Shown here: in pieces, positions 19,584-26,998 of the stretch | Layout of the letters: each line of letters begins with the position of its first letter | How positions within the stretch are numbered: the stretch's first letter is position 1 | Assembly: GCA_963762345.1 (NCBI GenBank) | Contig: CAVXKI010000002.1 | Span: forward strand, 370-64,369 | Length of the DNA stretch: 64,000 bases | Direction of reading: 5' to 3' | Source: an uncultured Candidatus Micrarchaeota archaeon | GTDB taxonomy: Archaea; Micrarchaeota; Micrarchaeia; Micrarchaeales; Micrarchaeaceae | The notes under the pieces: generated by a model | Database searches by the model: none | The model's input: the letters and a program-made list of their open reading frames with translations, nothing else | Told to the model about the DNA's origin: nothing | Translations under genes and position numbers: made by a program

Positions 19584-19976
19584 TTAGCCGCACGAAGCCG
19601 CTGCGTTTGCTGTTACTCCGGAGACGCTGTTGCCTGTTATCACAGTCAGTATGAATGGCGCTATTACCGCAATTATTATGCCAATCACACCGCCGAGCAC
19701 CATACCCATGCCGTAACCCTGCATAGTGCCCTTGGTCTGTCCGGGCATTATGTGCGAGCCAGCATAGAGAGCGCCGCCTAATATCATCAGCATTAAGCCG
19801 ATTATGAATATGGCTGCGACCACGGAGCTGTATACGCTGTATATTGCACAGATCACATTGCTCGCCTGTGCCGAGGCTGTCGTCATAAACACGCTTGTCA
19901 GCGCTAGCAACATGAACAATACCCTAAACATATTGTTCGAGTTCAGCGCCAATAGCTTGTACATTATGTTTCCCAT
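19584..19976 (-). CDS. small VirB2/TrbC-like two-helix hairpin protein (candidate major pilin)
   Basis: Probable start MGNIMYK (19976) or later. Sec signal peptide ending ASAQA, then NVICAIYSVYSSVVAAIFIIGLMLMILGGALYAGSHIMPGQTKGTMQGYGMGMVLGGVIGIIIAVIAPFIL...AAASCG: TM, short basic loop, TM. Confidence 0.6.
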   Translation of the reverse strand: MGNIMYKLLALNSNNMFRVLFMLLALTSVFMTTASAQASNVICAIYSVYSSVVAAIFIIGLMLMILGGALYAGSHIMPGQTKGTMQGYGMGMVLGGVIGIIIAVIAPFILTVITGNSVSGVTANAAASCG

Positions 19977-20011
19977 ATTGGTACACCTTATATCTATATG
20001 ATATCTCGTAG

Positions 20012-20028
20012 ATATATTTAAATACCTA
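20012..20028 (-). promoter_or_regulatory. TATA box / promoter of the small pilin-like gene
   Basis: The minus strand reads GGTATTTAAATATATC about 45 nt upstream of ATG 19976, in the 20049-20067-flanked intergenic region. Confidence 0.45.
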
Positions 20029-20067
20029 TCTTTATGACGCTGCTGCACATGTTTGTCGTCTGCGAAT

Positions 20068-20514
20068 TCACTTCTTCGAGTAGAATTCGTAGGCGATTGC
20101 GGCGCCGACTATAGCCAGCATGCCCATCTGCACCCATGTGGTTATCGCAACGCTCAGGATCAGCGCGCCGACCCCTGCGGCGGATCCTCCTCCTGACACG
20201 TATGATATGAAGCTCTGCGAGTATGCTCCGAGAGCATAGCTCAGCACGACGTTCACGAAGCCGACTATAAGCGTGAGCATAAGAGCGGCTATCATGCTGA
20301 CCCAGAGGTAATCGAATGCCTTGGCAGACCTTCTTCCGACCCAGATGCCGAAGAGTATTGCGAGGAATAGCGTGTTGGTGCCCAGCATTATCTGCGTAGA
20401 TATGCTGAGATATGAAGTGAACCCTGCAACGAAGGCGATCACCTCGAACACGAGCCATACTATCAGCGGATACTTTATTATGTCAAGGTAGCTTTTTTTC
20501 ACCATAGAATCCAA
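20068..20514 (-). CDS. 4-TM small membrane protein, unknown function
   Basis: 148 aa, hydrophobic, with a Gly/Ala-rich loop SGGGSAAGVGA. Lies between the giant hairpin proteins and the small pilin gene. Confidence 0.5.
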   Translation of the reverse strand: MDSMVKKSYLDIIKYPLIVWLVFEVIAFVAGFTSYLSISTQIMLGTNTLFLAILFGIWVGRRSAKAFDYLWVSMIAALMLTLIVGFVNVVLSYALGAYSQSFISYVSGGGSAAGVGALILSVAITTWVQMGMLAIVGAAIAYEFYSKK

Positions 20515-20556
20515 CCTTGAGTATAAAGCATTGCATGTTTAAAAGGTTTGCCCCGC

Positions 20557-23355
20557 TCAAACCGAGCACGCGGCGAGCAGGTTCGTGAGCTGGCCATAGA
20601 CGGTAATCGATACGACTACATAAGAGAACGCAGCGAGTCCCGCGCCTACAAGTCCGCCTAGAATCATGCCCATCGCATAACCCTGTATTGTGCCCCTCGC
20701 CTGGGCAGGGAGCAGCTGCCCGAGTTCGTAGAGAACCGCGCCAAGCAGCAGCAGGGTGATTGACAGTACGGCGAGTATCGCCTCTATCTGCGCGAAGATC
20801 GTACAGAGGCTGGATGTGAGCGGCGCCGCGTTCGCTGTTCCGCCGTTCGATGATCCTATATTCGACTGCGATGGATTTATGGTAAGCGCCCCCGCGCCCA
20901 CATAGCCATTGTCGTACATAAGGCAATAGAGATATGTGCCTGGAGGGAAGTCGGCGGGGCTTTGTGAGCCTATGCTGCATTCGACTCCTTGTGGCTGTTG
21001 CGACTCGCTTTGCGTGCCGCTCTGTGTGCCTGCGCAGTCAACGTAGCCCGGATGGGTCGGATCCTCGGTGCATCCTGGAGGAACGTATGGCTGGCAGTTG
21101 TCTGTCGATACTCCTGCACCGTAGCCGCACGTCGACCCTGGGAGCGCTGGTGTCTGCGACGTGCATGAGTATGGCGCTGTTGTGCTCGGCAGATAGCCCA
21201 TATAACAGCCGTTCGCATCGCCCGGCGAATCCGTACACGGACCATATGCAGGGGACAGAGTGGCGGTGCATGCCTGCTGCGCGTTTATGAGATTTGTGTT
21301 AGTATATGGAATCACATACAGCCTCAGGGGCACGCTCGAGAGGCCATATGCATTTGCAGTGATGGTCGCGCTTGATCCCTGTTGTATTGTGTATGGATTG
21401 ATGTTGACCGAGCCCAAAGCAGTGAGCGGTGCTCCAGTTGAGCCGATGAATGTTGTCGGCGCCTGCTCCGTGCTCTGGCCGGTGGTGCACTGGCCTGCCC
21501 CATTGCACGTTATGCCAGCGCTCGCGAAGAATATTGCAAGGCTGGCTCCATCACCAGCAGTCTGGGTGGGCGGAGGGGACGCATAGTAGCCGAGCGTCGG
21601 GTTCACGCCGTAGTCGTATCCTTGTGACGGGTTTGATGGATACTGCAGCTGCAGCGAATCGGGGCCGAAGCCGCCAGAGCCGCTTGGAGTGAAATAATCA
21701 TACGCGCAGACCAGGTAACTGCCGGCATGACCCTGCGGCAGGTAGGTCTGCGGATCTATAGATGCGGTGTCGGATGGCCCGCTGCTTCCGGAGAATGTTG
21801 TTATTAGGCACGGGAGCGAGGTGCCGGCGTTAGAGCAGTAGTCATCCTGTGCCTGCAACACCAATGGAGGCACGCACCCGTTTGAATCGGTACCGCTCGC
21901 AAGCTCGAAGTAGCAGTTGTATCCGCCGTTCAGGCTCCCGCCGCACAGCGATGTTGATGACGGAGCGGACTGGCCTATGCTTGTGAAGTAGTTCACGAAC
22001 GGTGATTTCGGCACTTCGTCCGGATTTAGCGTAACCTGCAGCGGCGCGGTGGTCGAAAGCGGGAATGTTGATGGACCGAATGTGAGGAACAGCCCATAGC
22101 TCGGACCCCACATCGCGTTTGCCGCAACAACGATGTTGCCGACAACAGGGTTAGCCTGGCCTTGTGGAACCAACAGCCCGCTGCCGGACGGGCTGGGCGC
22201 AAGGATCTGGTAGCTGCCGCATATATTATATGTGCCCTGGGGCGTGTATATCGTGTTCGTGAAATAGCTGAGCTGGCAGTACGGAGTCGCAATGTTGTTG
22301 TTCATGTCAAAGCTGTTGAACACCTGCGCTGCATCGGTGATGCAAGGAGGCCACGGGCGTATTGTTCCATACGCATTTATCTGCACCTGATATTGAATTC
22401 CATTGATGTTCCTGTACTGCAGCCCGGTTGTCAGGAAGGTAGTATCCTCAGAGCAGAAGACATTGATGAAGCCGTCGTTTTCCTGTGCTGGCGATGATGC
22501 TAGTGTATCCGGTACTACGCACGGCGTTCCCTGCGCAGACATCTGAACGAAGCTCTCCGTGTTGCACGATACTCCTGAATAATTGAAATCTATGTCTGAG
22601 GATGCGCCAGGAAGCAGGACTGTTGGGCCGATTGTAAGTTTCTCTGATGTGCCGGATACGAGAGAAAGCGTGGCGCCTCCGGCATATTCGGGGATAGTGG
22701 GAGGGGGCGAGGAATAGCCGGCTCCTGAACACAGGGAGGGTCCCCCGTATGTGTTGCACTGCGGCGGATTTGTGCCTGCGCAGAAAAGGCTCGACCCGTA
22801 GGTGCAGTCCGGGACACCTGTCTGGCAAGCGGGCTGAACATTATCGTATATGCAGGACTCAAGCGAGGGATCAAGGACTCCTATGAAATAGTAGTTTACA
22901 TTTGGCAGGAGGCCCTGCGGCGTCTGCACCTGCAGCGTTATGGATGGATTTGGGGACCAGACGGCATTGGCGAGCACGCACGCATCGCTTATTGTTAGAC
23001 CTGCGTTGCCGCACGTCGGCAATCCATAAACTGTGAGAGCGGCGATGGTCCAATAATCATTCGGATTGTTGATGACTATGGAGTTTGTAGATGGCAGGAA
23101 TATCAGGAATGCGTTGTCATTATCGGCAAAAACTCCGCATCCGCTGCTCTCACCATTGCACGTAGACCCTGGTGGTGTTGTTGCAAATGTCACTGTAGCC
23201 TGCCCACCCACAGCTATCGTAGGTGGACTGAAGGTCACTCCGCCAACAGCAAGATCTGACGGGGGCGGTTGCACCGCGCCCGCGCTGTGCGCGAAAAGGA
23301 GCAGCAGCAGTAGGAACAGCGGCGCGAAGTGTTTTATTTTTTTATTCAATGTCAT
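20557..23355 (-). CDS. giant secreted Cys-rich protein with C-terminal VirB2-like hairpin module (932 aa)
   Basis: Signal peptide (LLLLLFAHSAGA). Ectodomain of ~830 aa rich in C, G, T, S, P, with recurring G-[TS]-Y-x-x-C-x-Y motifs. C-terminus LCTIFAQIEAILAVLSITLLLLGAVLYELGQLLPAQARGTIQGYAMGMILGGLVG...LLAACSV. Confidence 0.65.
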   Translation of the reverse strand: MTLNKKIKHFAPLFLLLLLLFAHSAGAVQPPPSDLAVGGVTFSPPTIAVGGQATVTFATTPPGSTCNGESSGCGVFADNDNAFLIFLPSTNSIVINNPNDYWTIAALTVYGLPTCGNAGLTISDACVLANAVWSPNPSITLQVQTPQGLLPNVNYYFIGVLDPSLESCIYDNVQPACQTGVPDCTYGSSLFCAGTNPPQCNTYGGPSLCSGAGYSSPPPTIPEYAGGATLSLVSGTSEKLTIGPTVLLPGASSDIDFNYSGVSCNTESFVQMSAQGTPCVVPDTLASSPAQENDGFINVFCSEDTTFLTTGLQYRNINGIQYQVQINAYGTIRPWPPCITDAAQVFNSFDMNNNIATPYCQLSYFTNTIYTPQGTYNICGSYQILAPSPSGSGLLVPQGQANPVVGNIVVAANAMWGPSYGLFLTFGPSTFPLSTTAPLQVTLNPDEVPKSPFVNYFTSIGQSAPSSTSLCGGSLNGGYNCYFELASGTDSNGCVPPLVLQAQDDYCSNAGTSLPCLITTFSGSSGPSDTASIDPQTYLPQGHAGSYLVCAYDYFTPSGSGGFGPDSLQLQYPSNPSQGYDYGVNPTLGYYASPPPTQTAGDGASLAIFFASAGITCNGAGQCTTGQSTEQAPTTFIGSTGAPLTALGSVNINPYTIQQGSSATITANAYGLSSVPLRLYVIPYTNTNLINAQQACTATLSPAYGPCTDSPGDANGCYMGYLPSTTAPYSCTSQTPALPGSTCGYGAGVSTDNCQPYVPPGCTEDPTHPGYVDCAGTQSGTQSESQQPQGVECSIGSQSPADFPPGTYLYCLMYDNGYVGAGALTINPSQSNIGSSNGGTANAAPLTSSLCTIFAQIEAILAVLSITLLLLGAVLYELGQLLPAQARGTIQGYAMGMILGGLVGAGLAAFSYVVVSITVYGQLTNLLAACSV

Positions 23356-23409
23356 GGCAACCTTTTCCTTTTTTTTATTTTTATTTTCATACTTAAATAT
23401 TTATTGCGC

Positions 23410-24909
23410 TCATGGCGTACATCCGTTCAGCGCCAATATGTTTCCTACAGTTGTGTTTGCCGCGAACGACAGCGTGTACACTGACACGCCCACTATCACC
23501 AAGCTTATTATGCCGGCAAGTACCAGCCCCATAGCGTAACCCTGTATCGTACCTCTCATCTGACCGGGTATTGAGTAGCTGACCGCGTATGTCGCGGCGC
23601 CTATCAGTATGAGGACCAGGGCCAGGATCGCGAGCAGCGCTTGAACTTGGTAGTAAGCTGAGCAGAGTATTGTCTGTATGATGGCTGCGGATGCGGATGG
23701 GCCTGGCTGGATGTAATTGATATTGCCGCATGTCAGGTCTCCGGGGAGGCACTGTACCTCGAAGTCCTGCTGCGCGAAGAAAACCGACCATGGATCTGAT
23801 GATGATGAAAGGCCGGGCTGGTTGCCCTCGTAGCCGCATATGCTGTATGTGCTCGCGGCCAGATTTGCCGTCGATATCTGCACTGGCGCGATGTTCCCGT
23901 CTGTGGGTGCGGTGTTCGGCCCTCCCGAATATGCTATTACACATGGAAGATCTGCGCTGGCGGGCGCATAACTGGGACATAATGGAACCTTGTCTGTGCT
24001 TGCTACGGTGCCGGGTGCGTCCTGTGATTGCGTGGTCGGAACGCCGCCGTATTGGCAATACACGCCTGCACCTGGTTCTGCAATTTCAAGATATGTTGGG
24101 TAGGCGCCATCGCCGGACAGAGATATCTGCATCTCGTCTCCCTTTATGAAATTTGTCTGCGGGGCTGTGATACCTTGCATTACTTGATCGACTGTCAATG
24201 TCAGCGGAGCAAGCGTAGTGAGCGAGAAAGATCCAGACGCGGTGTTTGGGAGCACGGACTGGTCGATGAGGATATTCTGCGGCAGCGACTGATCAGGCTG
24301 TATCTGGAACCACTGAAAGCCGGAGCATGCTGCTGGAGGGTTGACACTCCTCCACGGGTTTGACGTGCTCTCCGGCGCTATTCCTATATAGGCGCAGAGC
24401 TGGTAGTAACCTGGTGCGAGGTCGGCGCCGTAATAGGGGTTAACTATGCAGGTGCCATCGTGATTGCCGTCCAGATAATTATACGGCGTGCTGCCACTGC
24501 ATGCCCACGCCTGATCGTATGCATAACCCGAAGGTGGGCTCGACTGCAGGTCTGCCCATTGGCTTCCGACAGAAGACGCATCTGGGCACGACAGGCCGGC
24601 CGGTTGGGCAACGATGTAGACCGGGCACTGCGGCGCTGGATAATTGGATTGGTCGCATGCATCATACGTGTCGGGGACGCCCGGAATCTCTGTCGGGAAG
24701 CTATATGCCACGCCGAATCCAAGCTGCGTGTACGCACCGGGCTCGATCTGCGTCGCGCCGGTGATGCCGAATCCTGACTGTGAAACGGAAACTGTGGGAC
24801 AGCCACCCGTGAAGAGGGCGGATGTCTTTGCCGAAAGCGATGACAGTAAAATGACAAGCAGCATCGTAGCGAAAAGATAATTCCTGATTTTACTCTTATT
24901 GTTCATCAT
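23410..24909 (-). CDS. secreted Cys-rich protein with C-terminal VirB2-like hairpin module (499 aa)
   Basis: Signal peptide, then motifs APGYYQLCAYIG and AASTYSICGYEG. C-terminus LCSAYYQVQALLAILALVLILIGAATYAVSYSIPGQMRGTIQGYAMGLVLAGII...ALNGCTP. Confidence 0.65.
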   Translation of the reverse strand: MMNNKSKIRNYLFATMLLVILLSSLSAKTSALFTGGCPTVSVSQSGFGITGATQIEPGAYTQLGFGVAYSFPTEIPGVPDTYDACDQSNYPAPQCPVYIVAQPAGLSCPDASSVGSQWADLQSSPPSGYAYDQAWACSGSTPYNYLDGNHDGTCIVNPYYGADLAPGYYQLCAYIGIAPESTSNPWRSVNPPAACSGFQWFQIQPDQSLPQNILIDQSVLPNTASGSFSLTTLAPLTLTVDQVMQGITAPQTNFIKGDEMQISLSGDGAYPTYLEIAEPGAGVYCQYGGVPTTQSQDAPGTVASTDKVPLCPSYAPASADLPCVIAYSGGPNTAPTDGNIAPVQISTANLAASTYSICGYEGNQPGLSSSSDPWSVFFAQQDFEVQCLPGDLTCGNINYIQPGPSASAAIIQTILCSAYYQVQALLAILALVLILIGAATYAVSYSIPGQMRGTIQGYAMGLVLAGIISLVIVGVSVYTLSFAANTTVGNILALNGCTP

Positions 24910-24915
24910 ATCATC

Positions 24916-26940
24916 TCATGAAGTGAATGCGGTGCAGTAGCTCAATACCTGTGCGATGGAAGTGTCAGCAGATATGGAAAGCGCCCATACAGACAGCGCT
25001 GCTATCACCATTGCTATTATCCCTACAAGTATAAATCCAAATGCATAGCTCTGGGCTTGCCCCCTTACCGCAGCTGGCAGTATGCTAGATCCGGCGTAGA
25101 GAGCGGCACCGAGCAGCAGTAGTATCATCGCGAATATCAACAATATTATGTCGAGCTCGCTGTATATCGTGCATACGGTCGAGCCGAATGCGCCGAGGCT
25201 TTGCGCGCCCTGGCCGTATGGCGTGACCACGCCGAGAGTGGTGCATATGCCGCATGGGCACGTGACACCTGGGGGCACCGTGCATGTCGGGGGCACATAT
25301 GCCTGCGCTGACGACGACGTTGTGCACAAGCCGTTCACGCATGATACTGTTGCGGTGGCAAAGAACGGGGCAAATTCCGTGATTGTATATGGATTTGTCA
25401 CCCAGTCCAATGGGGTATAATCATACATGCATAAAAGATAATCGCCGTTCGTCAGATACTGCGTGCTCAGCAGTTGCGAGTATGTGAGATTGTCTCTGTT
25501 TTGATAATTGTTTGGATATGAATCAAGGATGCACGGCGCAGAGCCCTGTGTCAATGGAAGCGTGCATGTGGAGATCGTATGCAGCACTGCTGTGATGCCG
25601 ACCGCAGTGTAGTACTCCGGCGCTTCGCACGTGGCAGATGGCTCCTGACCCGCATACTCCACGTAGCAGTTGTCGCCCGTGTCGCCGGTGCCGCATATGT
25701 TTGGTGCAACAGTGCTGGATGTCCTGTAATCTGAGGTTGCCTGCGTTGATATTGTTGTGGTGTTGCCCAGCAGGAATGTCGTCGGCGTGATCAACAGCCC
25801 GTAGCCGCTCGAGAATGTATTGACGGTGATAACTGCACTGCCTATTGGCGAGCCTGCGGATTGCTCCTGGGCCTGCGCAGAATAATAAATGCAATAGTTG
25901 TACGTGCCCGAAGAAACCCTGCCTGGGAATGCTGAGTACATCGTCCATGAAGCCGACGTTGGACTTGCTGCTGTGCAGGTCGGCGGAGATTCTTCGACGT
26001 ATCCTGTTTCTATGGAGCAGGAGCTGGTGATGATGTATGGGCATGGCGGCTCTGTAGGCGATGCAGTGGAGCTGTCGTAGTAGGAGGGCGGGCAGGGAGG
26101 CGGCGTGGACGAACCGGACGGCGCAGCCATTATGTTGACGAAGACTCCGTCGTAGAACATGCATTCTGTCGTCGTGCTTGACAAGCCAGTGACCGTGACA
26201 GACACGTTAGATGCTGCGCCAGGTATTATTTCCGCAGGTTGGGGTATGACAATTGCGATCGTTGATGCGTATGATACTATCAGATTTGCAGTGCCGGCCC
26301 AGATTGGGTCGATGGTGCCGACAGAGGGCGCCACCGTTTGCGGGTTTAGAAGCCCAGTATCCTCATAGTAGGCTTGGAATGTGTATGTGCCTGCAGGCAG
26401 CGTGCTGGGCAGGGGACCGCTCGCCGATACCGTACCGGTTGACTGCTCCTGCGCTGCCCCTTGTGATGTGGTTATGCTTGCGGCTATGCATGCCGCAGTG
26501 GTATACGGATTGGAGAGCGAGGAGCATTGCGGCAGACTGTTGAGGTTGCCGTTGCCGTTGTAGTTTGTTGTTGTTCCGGGCGGGACATATATCACAACTA
26601 GGGCGCACCCGGTTGGAGGTGGACCGGAGTTGGCGGTGCATTGCACGTTCAACGTGTTGACTGTGAAACCCACGCCTCCTGTTGTGCCTGTAGCAATCGG
26701 ATTGCCGGGCGAGAACGAGATAGTGCCGCAGAAGTCCTCCGGATAGAAGACGCCGGCGCTATAGTCTGACACGCATGGCAGCGAGCCGATAGGCGCAGTG
26801 CAGCCTATTGTCAATGTGGCGGGATCCGTGCACGCAGGCAGCGTGGCGGCATCGGTCTTAAGCAGGAAAAGCGCACAGAATAAAATCGCAGCGAGTAATA
26901 TTGCACCGCGGTTTATCGAGAACATGCAAAACCAATCCAT
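24916..26940 (-). CDS. secreted Cys-rich protein with C-terminal VirB2-like hairpin module (674 aa)
   Basis: Likely start MFSINRG at 26925, followed by a signal peptide. Motifs SSGTYNYCIYYSA and TNGDYLLCMYDY. C-terminus VCTIYSELDIILLIFAMILLLLGAALYAGSSILPAAVRGQAQSYAFGFILVGII...LSYCTAFTS. Confidence 0.65.
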   Translation of the reverse strand: MDWFCMFSINRGAILLAAILFCALFLLKTDAATLPACTDPATLTIGCTAPIGSLPCVSDYSAGVFYPEDFCGTISFSPGNPIATGTTGGVGFTVNTLNVQCTANSGPPPTGCALVVIYVPPGTTTNYNGNGNLNSLPQCSSLSNPYTTAACIAASITTSQGAAQEQSTGTVSASGPLPSTLPAGTYTFQAYYEDTGLLNPQTVAPSVGTIDPIWAGTANLIVSYASTIAIVIPQPAEIIPGAASNVSVTVTGLSSTTTECMFYDGVFVNIMAAPSGSSTPPPCPPSYYDSSTASPTEPPCPYIITSSCSIETGYVEESPPTCTAASPTSASWTMYSAFPGRVSSGTYNYCIYYSAQAQEQSAGSPIGSAVITVNTFSSGYGLLITPTTFLLGNTTTISTQATSDYRTSSTVAPNICGTGDTGDNCYVEYAGQEPSATCEAPEYYTAVGITAVLHTISTCTLPLTQGSAPCILDSYPNNYQNRDNLTYSQLLSTQYLTNGDYLLCMYDYTPLDWVTNPYTITEFAPFFATATVSCVNGLCTTSSSAQAYVPPTCTVPPGVTCPCGICTTLGVVTPYGQGAQSLGAFGSTVCTIYSELDIILLIFAMILLLLGAALYAGSSILPAAVRGQAQSYAFGFILVGIIAMVIAALSVWALSISADTSIAQVLSYCTAFTS

Positions 26941-26998
26941 TTTAGTTGATGAATTGTATTTGCCTAAGCCTCTTTATATATTTATTGATTTTCCAGCG

